A DNA stretch of 64,000 nt. It comes from Minisyncoccota bacterium. Lineage in GTDB: Bacteria > Patescibacteriota > Minisyncoccia > UBA6257 > GWB1-50-10. Every line of letters starts with the position of its first letter. The first letter of the stretch is position 1. Positions 1 through 8,829 of this stretch are shown piece by piece. A program made the position numbers and the translations under genes. The stretch is taken from assembly GCA_041917695.1 (NCBI GenBank), contig JAYRXE010000037.1, positions 434,582-498,581 on the forward strand. Direction: 5' to 3'. Under the pieces are notes generated by a model. That model was not told the origin of the DNA. It made no database searches and saw nothing but the letters and a program-made list of their open reading frames with translations.

Positions 1-1227
1 CGTCAGGTCATCCGGCGCGAAGAACTGGACCTTACGGTACGGAGCTTTTTCGAATCGGTCTTTGAGAGCAAGATATATGACATAGACCCCAAGATCGATG
101 CCGTGCTCGACATCGTCCATCTCGAGGCGGACCACGACCGCATCCTGCGTACTTTCTCGGGCGGCCAGCAGGCTCGCCTCCTGCTCGCCCAGGCGCTCAT
201 CCAAAAACCCGACATTCTTCTTCTCGACGAGCCGACAAACAACCTGGATACGGCCGGCATCGAGCATCTCACCACTTTTTTGAAGGAGTATCCCAAGACC
301 GTCATCGTCATTTCGCATGATGCCGATTTCCTGAACGCCTTCACGGAGGGCGTGCTCTACCTTGAGGCGAATACCCGCACCGTCGAGCAATACGCCGGAA
401 ACTATTTCGACGTAGTGAAGGAAATCGACATCCGCCTTGAACGCGAGCGGATGAAAAACGTCCGCCTCGAGCGCGACATTGAAAACCGGAAGAATCAGGC
501 GAATTTCTTCGCCCAAAAAGGAGGTCATATGCGCGATGTCGCAAGGAAGATGCGGGAAAAGATCGAAGAGCTCGAAGGCGACATCGTCGACGTGCGGCGC
601 GAAGACAAAACCATCCGCAATTTCATAATCCCCTGCCAGGATGAACTCGTGGGAACCATTCTTTCGCTTTCATCCGTTTCGGTGCTCAAAGCGAAAAAAC
701 CCGTTGCCAAGAAAGTGAAGATCGAGCTGAAGCGCAAGGAGCGCCTCTTGGTAAAAGGTCCGAACGGCATCGGGAAGACAACGCTCCTTTCCGCGCTTGC
801 CGCAGGAGACGCCAAGGGAGAAACGCTTGCGGAAGGAACGCGCATCGGTTTCTACCGCCAGGATTTTTCCGCGCTCGATTTCGAAAAGACCGCCTATGAG
901 TCCTTGAAGGACGTCGGAGCGCAAAAAAGCGAGGAAGAGCTCCGCAGCCACGCTGCCGGCTTCCTCTTGGATAGCGAAATCTTGAAGACGCGCATCGGGA
1001 TGCTTTCCGAAGGCCAAAAGGGCTTGCTTTCATTTGCTATCATCTCCCTTGAGCGACCGGGCCTTTTGATCCTCGATGAACCGACCAATCACATCAATTT
1101 CCGGCATATTCCCGTTATCGCCGAAGCCGTGAATAAATTCGACGGCGCGATGATACTGGTAAGCCACTTGCCGGAATTCGTTAAGAAAATCCGCATCGAC
1201 CAGACCCTCGACCTCGGAGCTTTGTAG
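1..1227 (+). CDS. ABC-F family ATP-binding protein (5' truncated by window edge)
   Basis: Two ABC cassettes (FSGGQQ/LLLDEPTNNLD; GPNGIGKTT, LSEGQK, LILDEPTNH) with helical linker, no TM segments; frame open from base 1. Confidence 0.9.
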   Translation, partial: RQVIRREELDLTVRSFFESVFESKIYDIDPKIDAVLDIVHLEADHDRILRTFSGGQQARLLLAQALIQKPDILLLDEPTNNLDTAGIEHLTTFLKEYPKTVIVISHDADFLNAFTEGVLYLEANTRTVEQYAGNYFDVVKEIDIRLERERMKNVRLERDIENRKNQANFFAQKGGHMRDVARKMREKIEELEGDIVDVRREDKTIRNFIIPCQDELVGTILSLSSVSVLKAKKPVAKKVKIELKRKERLLVKGPNGIGKTTLLSALAAGDAKGETLAEGTRIGFYRQDFSALDFEKTAYESLKDVGAQKSEEELRSHAAGFLLDSEILKTRIGMLSEGQKGLLSFAIISLERPGLLILDEPTNHINFRHIPVIAEAVNKFDGAMILVSHLPEFVKKIRIDQTLDLGAL

Positions 1228-1340
1228 TCCCCCGGCATTTTTACTATCCCCCAGCGTCACTCAAACGCGTGTTTTTTCGTCATAGACATATGCGTAGGCA
1301 AAGAGAAAAGGTCGAAGAAAAAACATACTCATTACACACC

Positions 1341-2015
1341 ATGACGAAACGTAACAGTATTATCATCGGTTTGTGTGTCGCGATTCTCGCGACGAGCGCC
1401 GTTCTGTTCACGCCTCGGGCATCGGCACAGGTAACCGGTTCAATCAATTCTCAATTGGAGATCGGCATGAGTGGGCCGGCCGTCACTCAGCTACAGACAT
1501 TCCTTGCTATGGATTCCTCGATATACCCCGAGGGACTCGTGACCGGCTATTTCGGCTCTCTCACCCGCGCCGCCGTACTCCGCTTCCAGGCGCGCTACGG
1601 TATTGACCAGGTGGGACGCGTCGGCCCTCAGACGCTTGCCCGCATTAATGCGTTTATCGCATCCGGCGGATTCGGCGGCGTCGGCGGCGTCGGCATCCGT
1701 GTCGCCCCCACCATCGGCAACGTGATGATCGACACCAACACTTCGAATCAGCTTACGGTATCGTGGACGACTGACGTGGCAACCCAGGGAACGGTATATT
1801 ATTCCGCAAGCCCGCTTACCATGGTTGAAGCAAGCGCAAATACTTCGGTCGTGATCGGCGGAACGGCGGTCTCTGACGGCGATGGCATGACAGCGAATCA
1901 CTCCGCCACCATCACCGGTCTTACCTCCGGAACCACCCAGTATATCCTGATACGCGCGGTTGACGCCCAAGGGGACGAATCCGTCACGACGGTATCTACG
2001 GTAAGCGTACGGTAG
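1341..2015 (+). CDS. Secreted peptidoglycan-binding (PG_binding_1) protein with C-terminal FN3/Ig-like domain
   Basis: Signal peptide ending ASA-Q; L..G..G..V..LQ.FL...TGYFG.LT..AV..FQ...G.VGP.T motif; beta-rich C-terminus (VSWTTD..T...V.Y). Confidence 0.8.
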   Translation: MTKRNSIIIGLCVAILATSAVLFTPRASAQVTGSINSQLEIGMSGPAVTQLQTFLAMDSSIYPEGLVTGYFGSLTRAAVLRFQARYGIDQVGRVGPQTLARINAFIASGGFGGVGGVGIRVAPTIGNVMIDTNTSNQLTVSWTTDVATQGTVYYSASPLTMVEASANTSVVIGGTAVSDGDGMTANHSATITGLTSGTTQYILIRAVDAQGDESVTTVSTVSVR

Positions 2016-2041
2016 CAATCCATCCCTTCGAGCTTCGTAAA

Positions 2042-2070
2042 AAACCGCCCCGAAATTCGGGGCGGTTTTT
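2042..2070. terminator. Bidirectional intrinsic terminator
   Basis: AAAACCGCCCCG-AAATT-CGGGGCGGTTTT between convergent genes. Confidence 0.8.
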
Positions 2071-2075
2071 ATTTC

Positions 2076-2573
2076 TTATTTTCCGTCTACGGCGTCCTTG
2101 AGCTTCTGCACTTCTATTTTCTTCATCCCGAGCATCGCCTGGAGCGCCCTTTCGGCGCGGGCGGGGTTCGGATCGCTTAAGAGCTCCGGCAACGCCTTCG
2201 GGATGATTTGCCAGGAAAAACCGAACTTGTCCTGGAGCCAGCCGCATTGCTGGGCGTTCGGATCGCCGCCGTCCGCGAGCTTTTCCCAATAGCGGTCAAC
2301 CTCTTCCTGCGATTCGCATTCGACATAGAAGGAAACCGCCCCATTCGGCTTGAAATGCGGTCCTCCGTCCAATGCCATAAAACGTTCTCCAAAAAGCTCA
2401 AAGACCGCGGTGAGCACTTTTCCATCCATCCCCTTCATGGGTCCTTCGGATATGCCCTCGGGATACCGCTTAACGCTCACGATTCGTGAATCGGGGAAAA
2501 GCGAGGTATAAAAATTAATCGCTTCTTCGGCATTCCTATCGAACCACAAGAAGGGGGTTATTTTTTGCGACAT
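2076..2573 (-). CDS. VOC family protein (PhnB / 3-demethylubiquinone-9 3-methyltransferase-like)
   Basis: KITPFLWFD..AEEA..FY, CGWLQDKFGFSWQI motifs. Confidence 0.9.
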   Translation of the reverse strand: MSQKITPFLWFDRNAEEAINFYTSLFPDSRIVSVKRYPEGISEGPMKGMDGKVLTAVFELFGERFMALDGGPHFKPNGAVSFYVECESQEEVDRYWEKLADGGDPNAQQCGWLQDKFGFSWQIIPKALPELLSDPNPARAERALQAMLGMKKIEVQKLKDAVDGK

Positions 2574-2578
2574 AGCGG

Positions 2579-2998
2579 TTACATTCCTTTCGGCTGGAGT
2601 ACGCTAACCCGGTTCCCCTCCGTATCGAGAAAAGAGATATAGAGGCCCACGCCCGGAATATCATCCGGCTCACCCGGTTTTTGCATACCGCCTAAAACTT
2701 TTCCTCCCGCTTCTTCGATCTTTTTCATCGCGTCCCGGATGTCGTCGACGGCAATGACGACGGAGGGATGTTGGTTATCTTTCGTTTTTTGGAAAAATCC
2801 GCCGTTTATGGTTCCGGGCTCTTTCGGCCTCCCGGTGGGATTATTCGCATCAGCGTCGGAAGTCATCACCACCACGTAATCCCCCATCTCGGGGCCGAGT
2901 TGATTTGCCTCCCACCCGAACGCTTTCCCGTAAAAATCTACCATCCGCTTCCGGTCTTCCGCCGGCATTTCAAAATGCACCACTGGATTTTTTTTCAT
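2579..2998 (-). CDS. VOC/glyoxalase family protein
   Basis: NPVVHFEMP..D..R...FY..AFGW; F.DTEGNRV. Confidence 0.88.
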   Translation of the reverse strand: MKKNPVVHFEMPAEDRKRMVDFYGKAFGWEANQLGPEMGDYVVVMTSDADANNPTGRPKEPGTINGGFFQKTKDNQHPSVVIAVDDIRDAMKKIEEAGGKVLGGMQKPGEPDDIPGVGLYISFLDTEGNRVSVLQPKGM

Positions 2999-3028
2999 GT
3001 CATTTATTATACCTGAATAAAAAGGAGG

Positions 3029-3586
3029 CTATGAAGCCTCCGTGATGCCGTAGTTCTCCGCGGCATATGTTTTTAAAATCTTCTTCAGCTCTTTGCGGGC
3101 ACGATGGATTCGGGTCTTTACGGTGTTTATATTGCAGCCAACGTGTGCCGCGATCTCCTCATAAGAGCACCCCTCAACTTCCCGTAAAAGGATTATCCGG
3201 TGGCTGTGGGCGGGCAGATTTTTAAGCGCTTCCGCCACTTCGTAACCGAAGGGAAAAGCATCGTCGAATTCTGCGGTTTCCGAGCTTATAAACGCTTTCG
3301 GATAAGCCACCTCGCAGGAGCCATACTCGAACTTCTGCCGAAATGGGGCATTTTTCTTAAAAGCGTTAATGGCAGAATTCACCATAATCCGGCGAAGCCA
3401 TGCTTCGAGATGGGTGTTCGGCTCATATTTTTCCCAAAAGCGATACGCCTTCAGAAGGGTCACTTGCAGAAGATCCTTGGCATCATCGTTATCCCCCGTA
3501 AGGAAATACGCATTCGACAAAAGATTTCTTATGAGCGGGCGGATTTCCCTCTCGAAAACTGCATTTTTCTCTTCTTTATTCTCCAC
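3029..3586 (-). CDS. ECF RNA polymerase sigma factor
   Basis: Region 2 (DAKDLLQ..LLKAYR...AWL.RI..N) and region 4 (SYEEIA.....NTVKTRIHRAR); GTG start after GGAGG. Confidence 0.88.
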   Translation of the reverse strand: MENKEEKNAVFEREIRPLIRNLLSNAYFLTGDNDDAKDLLQVTLLKAYRFWEKYEPNTHLEAWLRRIMVNSAINAFKKNAPFRQKFEYGSCEVAYPKAFISSETAEFDDAFPFGYEVAEALKNLPAHSHRIILLREVEGCSYEEIAAHVGCNINTVKTRIHRARKELKKILKTYAAENYGITEAS

Positions 3587-3701
3587 GATTTCCTCCGTTA
3601 TGTGGGTATATTTAATTGCCTAAAATACTGGTATAGAAAATGCTTCTTCCGCGTATATTTGTCAAACATCCAATAAAAAGAGGCCGACCGGCCTCTCTAT
3701 T

Positions 3702-4055
3702 TTACTTCTTTACATATACCGTCTTGTCCTTGCGGTCGCGGAGGACAAAATAAGACACTTTCGTCCGCGCGATGAACGCATGCACTTCCCCCGGCTTGAA
3801 GCTGATAACCTGAATTTTCCCCGAGTCTGTTATATCGAAATAAAATTCCTGTTTTTCCAAAGGACCTGCCTTTTGGCCGAAGCGGACGGCGAAATTTCCT
3901 TTGAAAATGATGAGCGTTTCATGCGCCCGCGGGTGATAGTGCGCACGCACGCGTTTCCCTGCCTTCAGGGTGTGGCGGATAAAAACATATTCATCGTCCT
4001 TTTTGGTTAAATGTGCCAGGACGCTTTTAAGACACTGAAACTGCCGAGATTCCAA
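3702..4055 (-). CDS. Cupin domain protein
   Basis: HYHP..HE....GN and PGEVH cupin metal motifs; TTG start after AAGGAG. Confidence 0.7.
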   Translation of the reverse strand: MESRQFQCLKSVLAHLTKKDDEYVFIRHTLKAGKRVRAHYHPRAHETLIIFKGNFAVRFGQKAGPLEKQEFYFDITDSGKIQVISFKPGEVHAFIARTKVSYFVLRDRKDKTVYVKK

Positions 4056-4133
4056 TTATTTCTCCTTTCCTTTTAGCGAACTACGGGAAAAATAGCACAA
4101 AAGCGTTCCGCTGAAAACAGCGCAATATTTTTC

Positions 4134-4505
4134 CTAGGCCATCGGGCGGTTCCGATTCTTTATCCATCCCACCGCAACAGGGAGAAGAAACGTGAGCGCG
4201 TAGTAAAGATAGACGTCCGCTTTGTAATAACCGTCAGCGGGATTTAAAAGCTTAACGAGGAAGAAATAATCGAACACGACCGCGATAAGCGTCCAGATAA
4301 ATCCCACGAGAAGATACCGCGAAAAAGGCATCGGCATCGTCTTTCTGAAAAGAACCCATAAGGTCAGTGCAACGCCGATCGGCGTAACGAGCCACCCGAT
4401 AAGCGCGGGCGGGACGAAGAAATAAAATAGGAAACCTAAAAGGTAGCCAGCGAACCACAAGGCCGACCCCCACCCTAACCCAACGCGATAGATAGAAGAG
4501 TTCAT
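4134..4505 (-). CDS. Hypothetical 4-TM membrane protein
   Basis: Four hydrophobic segments; TATAAT 8 nt before ATG. Confidence 0.7.
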   Translation of the reverse strand: MNSSIYRVGLGWGSALWFAGYLLGFLFYFFVPPALIGWLVTPIGVALTLWVLFRKTMPMPFSRYLLVGFIWTLIAVVFDYFFLVKLLNPADGYYKADVYLYYALTFLLPVAVGWIKNRNRPMA

Positions 4506-4564
4506 ATGTATTCATTATACAAACCTCACGTTTTTCCCGATTCGGACGTATAATTAGCGCACGT

Positions 4565-5092
4565 ATGAAAAGCCTGCCCATTTTGCGTCTCGCGCTCATA
4601 ACATTCGTATTGCTCCTTATCCCCTATTTCGGGAACCAATACCTTGAGGGGTGGAATTGGTCGCCCTCCGATTTCGTCTTCGCGGCAATCCTCACTCTCG
4701 GCGCCGGCGTCGCCTATGAGCTCTTTGCTAAAAGATCGGGCAATGCATCCTTCCGTGCCGGGGCGGCAGTCGCCCTCGGAGCATCGTTTCTGCTTATCTG
4801 GATAAACGGCGCCGTCGGCTTGATCGGAAGCGAGACGAATGAGGTGAATATGCTGTATGCCTTCGTGGTATTTATCGGCATCCTCGGCGCCGTCGCGGCG
4901 CGACCCAAAGCGCGCGGCATGTCCCGCGCTCTTTTCGTCATGGCGGTCGCGCAGTTTTTGGTGCCTATCGTAGCGCTTTTCGTAAATCCCAATGATTTCA
5001 GTCCCGGCCTCATGCGAGTTTTCGCGCTTAACTCCCTCTTTGTCGTCCTCTTCGCAGGCGCAGGCCTCCTTTTCAGAAACGCAGAGGCGTAG
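4565..5092 (+). CDS. Hypothetical multi-pass membrane protein
   Basis: ~6 TM segments, WNWS..DF and LIWINGAVG.IGSE motifs. Confidence 0.75.
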   Translation: MKSLPILRLALITFVLLLIPYFGNQYLEGWNWSPSDFVFAAILTLGAGVAYELFAKRSGNASFRAGAAVALGASFLLIWINGAVGLIGSETNEVNMLYAFVVFIGILGAVAARPKARGMSRALFVMAVAQFLVPIVALFVNPNDFSPGLMRVFALNSLFVVLFAGAGLLFRNAEA

Positions 5093-5134
5093 AAAACGGC
5101 CGCCTCAGAGAAGACGGCAAAGCCCTCTTTTTTA

Positions 5135-5620
5135 CTAATTCAACGCCCAAATGGCGTAATTGAGATACCCCGCAAAGCTGACCCACGCGATATACGGAAC
5201 CATGAGCCACGCCGCCGTACGCGAAAACTTCGCAAAGGAAAGAATGCAGGCGCCTATCGCAAGCCACAGAAGAATGATTTCAATGAATGCCCCGCCGGGC
5301 GAGCGGAGACCGAAAAAGAGGAACGACCACAGCGCATTCAAAAAAAGCTGGATGCCAAAAAGAATAAGCGGCGCGGAAACCCGCACGCCGGAATCTTTCC
5401 TTTTCCACACCAAAAAGGCGGCGATTCCCATGAGGGCGAAAAGGGCGGTCCACACCGGCCCGAAAACCCAATTCGGCGGAGCGAATTCCGGTCTTGCGAG
5501 TCCCGCATACCAACCGCCAATCGCCGGCGTCGTGAAAAGGGCGCCAATCCCGCCGACTGCCTGGGGAACAGCAAGGGCGAGAACCAGCTTCCATATATCT
5601 CTTCGGTTCATTGTTTTCAT
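5135..5620 (-). CDS. tspO: TspO/MBR tryptophan-rich sensory protein
   Basis: WY..L.RP.F.PPNWVFGPVWT; LNALWS.LFFG; PY.AWVSFA.YLN. Confidence 0.93.
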   Translation of the reverse strand: MKTMNRRDIWKLVLALAVPQAVGGIGALFTTPAIGGWYAGLARPEFAPPNWVFGPVWTALFALMGIAAFLVWKRKDSGVRVSAPLILFGIQLFLNALWSFLFFGLRSPGGAFIEIILLWLAIGACILSFAKFSRTAAWLMVPYIAWVSFAGYLNYAIWALN

Positions 5621-5638
5621 TTTAGAGCGTTACCGCGC

Positions 5639-5911
5639 TCAATATGCTTTGCGGTGAATACACCCCGCCCAGCAACATGGGCGGCGCATCCCGCCCTTCA
5701 GTTTTGAAAGGGCCTTTTCCATGCGAATCCCTCTCGTCTCTTCTTTTTTGCCGGATATTATCCAGCAAATCCACTCGTTTTTAGCGAGGGGCGTTATTTC
5801 GTTCCATACCACTTGGGCGCGCGGTGAAGCGCGGAGTGCCTTCCTAAAATCAGCCGGGAGCGTATGGGGCAATTTCTTATTCGGTCGTTTTGCCGTCGAA
5901 GTGTTCATCAT
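5639..5911 (-). CDS. YdeI/OmpD-associated family protein
   Basis: P.D....L......W..ITPLA.NEWICWI...KK.ETR..R; RRPCCW.GC.HR tail. Confidence 0.8.
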   Translation of the reverse strand: MMNTSTAKRPNKKLPHTLPADFRKALRASPRAQVVWNEITPLAKNEWICWIISGKKEETRGIRMEKALSKLKGGMRRPCCWAGCIHRKAY

Positions 5912-6269
5912 CGGCTTCAGCTTCCGCTTTCGTCGCGTGGAGAACTCCGTCGCGATGGTGCGGGGGCGTATAGAGCGTATACAGCTTCATCGGTCCGCTC
6001 CCGGTATTTATAACATTGTGCTTTGCGCCCATGGGCACTACGATAGCGCTTCCGTCTGCGATAGCGTGCGACACGCCGTCTAAGATAGCTTCTCCCGTCC
6101 CCTCTTCCACTCTCAGGAACTGGTCCACGTCGTGGACCTCCTCCCCGATTTCCTCTCCGGCCCGGAGCGCCATGAGCACCAGCTGACTCCGCGCCGTGGT
6201 GTAGAGGACCTTGCGAAAATGCTCGTTTTTGAGAGCGAGCTCCTCTATATTCTCGATGTAGCCTTTCAT
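5877..6269 (-). CDS. Cupin domain protein (mannose-6-phosphate isomerase-like)
   Basis: QLVLM.L..GEEIGEEVH..DQF.RVE.G; HNVINTG...KLYT.Y.PPHH. Confidence 0.88.
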   Translation of the reverse strand: MKGYIENIEELALKNEHFRKVLYTTARSQLVLMALRAGEEIGEEVHDVDQFLRVEEGTGEAILDGVSHAIADGSAIVVPMGAKHNVINTGSGPMKLYTLYTPPHHRDGVLHATKAEAEADDEHFDGKTTE

Positions 6270-6286
6270 GGCCTCAGTATACTCCC

Positions 6287-6454
6287 TTAGCAATTCTTTT
6301 TCCTCATGGAGCGGACAATGCCTGCGATGCCTCCTGCAAAAGACAATAGCCCGAGACCCTGGGCGCCTGGGCTATCATCCCATCCGCCATACACAAACAA
6401 GAACACGCCAAAGGCAACGGCGAGGCTGTACAGAATAACCTTCACTGTTTTCAT
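6287..6454 (-). CDS. Small 55-aa two-TM protein, third gene of DUF2975 operon (not in ORF track)
   Basis: Hand translation MKTVKVILYSLAVAFGVFLFVYGGWDDSPGAQGLGLLSFAGGIAGIVRSMRKKNC; starts 9 nt after the HTH stop. Confidence 0.7.
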   Translation of the reverse strand: MKTVKVILYSLAVAFGVFLFVYGGWDDSPGAQGLGLLSFAGGIAGIVRSMRKKNC

Positions 6455-6463
6455 ACGCTTATT

Positions 6464-6667
6464 TTATTTCTTGTACTCTAAAATGTCGCCCGGCTGGCAT
6501 TCGAGCGCTTTACATATCGCTTCCAGGGTCGAAAGGCGTACGGCTTTCGCCTTCCCGTTTTTCAAAATAGACATATTGGCGAGCGTAATCCCGACTTTCT
6601 CGGCAAGTTCGGTAACGCTCATTTTCCGCTTTGCGAGCATCACGTCTACGTTAATAATGATTGCCAT
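6464..6667 (-). CDS. Xre/Cro-family HTH regulator (YozG-like)
   Basis: MAIIIN.DVMLAKRKMS.TEL...VGIT.AN.SILK.GK.KA.R.STL..IC.AL.CQPGDILEY. Confidence 0.92.
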   Translation of the reverse strand: MAIIINVDVMLAKRKMSVTELAEKVGITLANMSILKNGKAKAVRLSTLEAICKALECQPGDILEYKK

Positions 6668-6671
6668 AACC

Positions 6672-7154
6672 TTATACCGTTAAATCGTTTTCTTTTTTTA
6701 TTTCCACGGCGTTTTTCAAGATGCGTTCAAACATCGCCGAAGCCGTCGCGATGACGACAGAGCCAAAGGTGATGAAAACACCCATGGCGACCGCTCCCGC
6801 GGCATCGTCGTTGCCATGGTTCGCCATAATGAAAATCTCCTCAAGGATCACAAAGCCGATGATAGCGAGTGCGCAGTATTTTATTGTCCGGAGAGCTTTC
6901 ACCGCTCCTTCCGAAAAAATCATATTCCGTCCGGCAAGCCCGAGCACTTTATATGCCTGGTAAACCGCTATAAAGAACGGAATGGAGCCCGCATACATGA
7001 GTGCCAAAAAAGGATCGTCAAAGTAAATCTCCGCGAGCGTGGTGGCGCTTGCGTTCACCCCTTCGACGTGCGGCTCCCAGAGGAGGAGCGCCAAGGCGCC
7101 AAGACCGACAAGAATGACAACGACCCGCAGAAAAACAGTTGAGCTTTTTTTCAT
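6672..7154 (-). CDS. DUF2975 domain membrane protein
   Basis: 4 TM, FS...VKAL..IK.C, C-terminal A.EIK.ENDLTV; typical pairing with YozG-type HTH. Confidence 0.9.
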   Translation of the reverse strand: MKKSSTVFLRVVVILVGLGALALLLWEPHVEGVNASATTLAEIYFDDPFLALMYAGSIPFFIAVYQAYKVLGLAGRNMIFSEGAVKALRTIKYCALAIIGFVILEEIFIMANHGNDDAAGAVAMGVFITFGSVVIATASAMFERILKNAVEIKKENDLTV

Positions 7155-7181
7155 AGACTTTTGTAAATTGGTTGTATATTT

Positions 7182-7225
7182 AGCTTAATTCCCCACTTAT
7201 CGTTTGTCAATATATATTTATCGTT
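7182..7225 (-). promoter_or_regulatory. Promoter of DUF2975 operon with repeated putative operator
   Basis: TTGACA-17-TAAGCT on minus strand; AACGATAA repeated on both sides of the -35 (7197-7204, 7218-7225). Confidence 0.6.
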
Positions 7226-7255
7226 AGTTAAAATGAGGCTTTTTCTCCCCTCTTG

Positions 7256-7425
7256 TTGATATTTTAAGAGAAAAGTGTATAAAAAATGAGTTGATCAGGC
7301 GTAGGTTAACAACCGAATAACGAGGCGCGCATGGGGCGCCTACAAGAGAGCTTTATAACTCAGAGACCTGACCCCAGCCTGCCGCAGGCAGACACGATTT
7401 TTTAACCGGCTTTTGCCGGTTTTTT
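7256..7425 (+). other. Small autonomous transcription unit: structured RNA and/or 24-aa peptide (7331-7405)
   Basis: TTGATA-16-TATAAA, several hairpins, GAGG then ATG..TAA, terminator AACCGGC-TTTT-GCCGGTTTTTT. Confidence 0.4.
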
Positions 7426-7816
7426 ATTTGAAATCCACGGTAAAGCTGTACATACCCATCCCGCATACCCCTCGTAAAATTCCCGACTGCGGAATGCCGA
7501 GATCTATCACTTCCTCGCCGTTTTGCGGAAGTATTTTCTGGTAGCCGATTGATCTAATGATGAGCGCTGCCGAACAATCGTATGTCCCGTTCGTTTTCAC
7601 GATGAGTTTGGTCGGTACGTTAGCTTTAGCTACCGAAGCCCGAGGCGAATATCCTCCGCGAGCCGCGATGGTGACGTATTGTACCCCGTTTCGCATTTCC
7701 ACATTCCGGGGCGGATTTGTCTCCTGCGATTCGCGTGGTTTCGCAGAATTGAAAAACATGATGCCGAGCGAGACGAAGACGGCAGCGGCGATAATGCTGA
7801 GAGCGATTTTATTCAT
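7424..7816 (-). CDS. Membrane-anchored cupredoxin domain protein
   Basis: GGYSP, C..AL, CGMGMY copper-binding motifs. Confidence 0.82.
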   Translation of the reverse strand: MNKIALSIIAAAVFVSLGIMFFNSAKPRESQETNPPRNVEMRNGVQYVTIAARGGYSPRASVAKANVPTKLIVKTNGTYDCSAALIIRSIGYQKILPQNGEEVIDLGIPQSGILRGVCGMGMYSFTVDFK

Positions 7817-7819
7817 GGA

Positions 7820-8827
7820 TTACAGGTTCACGAGCGGACGGATGATCCCCAGTCCCGCCAAACCGGAAAGGAGTGCAAAAAGACCAAGGCCGATAACGAC
7901 CACGCCGACCGACGCAAAAAAGAGCGGCGCATGCTTTCCGCGCGCGAATGATGCCGAACCAAAGGAAAGAAATGCGAGCATGGGTAAGGTACCCAACGCG
8001 AAAGAAAGCATAATGAGAAGCCCTGCCATAAAAGAACCGCTGCTCACCGCCGAAATCTGCATTGATTGCGTAAAACCGCAGGGCAAAAAGAAGGTTGCAA
8101 CGCCCAACGCAAAAGGGGCAAGGGTTTTATGTTCAATCCGCCTCAAAAAGGCGAATGCCCCTGGGGGAAGCACTGCGGTGTTTTTCTTGATCGCACCGAC
8201 GAGATTCAACCCTAATAGTACCATGACAAGAGACGCGAGCAGGCCCAGTACGGCGGCGAGCGTAAAATTAATACCCAGGACGCCTCCCACAGCCCCTAAG
8301 ACGCCGCCTAAAAGTCCGAAACTCACGAGCCTTCCCGCATGGAATAGGGTTACAGTTTTTGTCTCACCGCCCGTTCCCTGCGATAGCTTGGCGGAAAGCG
8401 ACAAAACCAAGCCGCCGACGATGGCCAAACAGCTTGAAACCGAAGCAATAAGCCCAATAAGGAAGCTGGTAACTGGCGTCACTTGCCCGCCAAGGCCGAT
8501 ATTCAAAAGGCCTGATTTTTGAACCAAGAAAAAAAGAACTAAAAATCCGAGCCCGATCGGCAAAGCTTTCCAGAAAACTTCGTTCTTTGGGATATAATCC
8601 GCCTCCCGTTCGACGGATACCGCGTATCCATGGGACTCGATTTTCTTGGTCATCAGTTTTGCAAGCACCTCCGGGGACTGATCAATATGCGTCGCGAGTT
8701 CCAGGGTTTTTTTGCCGAGGTCCACATGCACATCGTGAGCAAAGTCCTGCTCCTTCAGCGTTTCCTCAATGAATATTTTGCACGCCGAGCAATGGGTCCC
8801 CGAAATATGGAAGTGATAGATTTTCAT
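7820..8827 (-). CDS. HMA domain + DsbD_2/TauE-SafE membrane protein
   Basis: GTHCSAC N-terminal HMA; SSCLA.VGGL and FFLPCGFTQSMQ. Confidence 0.88.
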   Translation of the reverse strand: MKIYHFHISGTHCSACKIFIEETLKEQDFAHDVHVDLGKKTLELATHIDQSPEVLAKLMTKKIESHGYAVSVEREADYIPKNEVFWKALPIGLGFLVLFFLVQKSGLLNIGLGGQVTPVTSFLIGLIASVSSCLAIVGGLVLSLSAKLSQGTGGETKTVTLFHAGRLVSFGLLGGVLGAVGGVLGINFTLAAVLGLLASLVMVLLGLNLVGAIKKNTAVLPPGAFAFLRRIEHKTLAPFALGVATFFLPCGFTQSMQISAVSSGSFMAGLLIMLSFALGTLPMLAFLSFGSASFARGKHAPLFFASVGVVVIGLGLFALLSGLAGLGIIRPLVNL

Positions 8828-8829
8828 GT

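Noticed and set aside
7290-7400. SRP RNA, 6S RNA or tRNA
   Set aside because: No SRP GNRA-helix core, no long 6S rod, no T-loop; kept only as an unclassified candidate.
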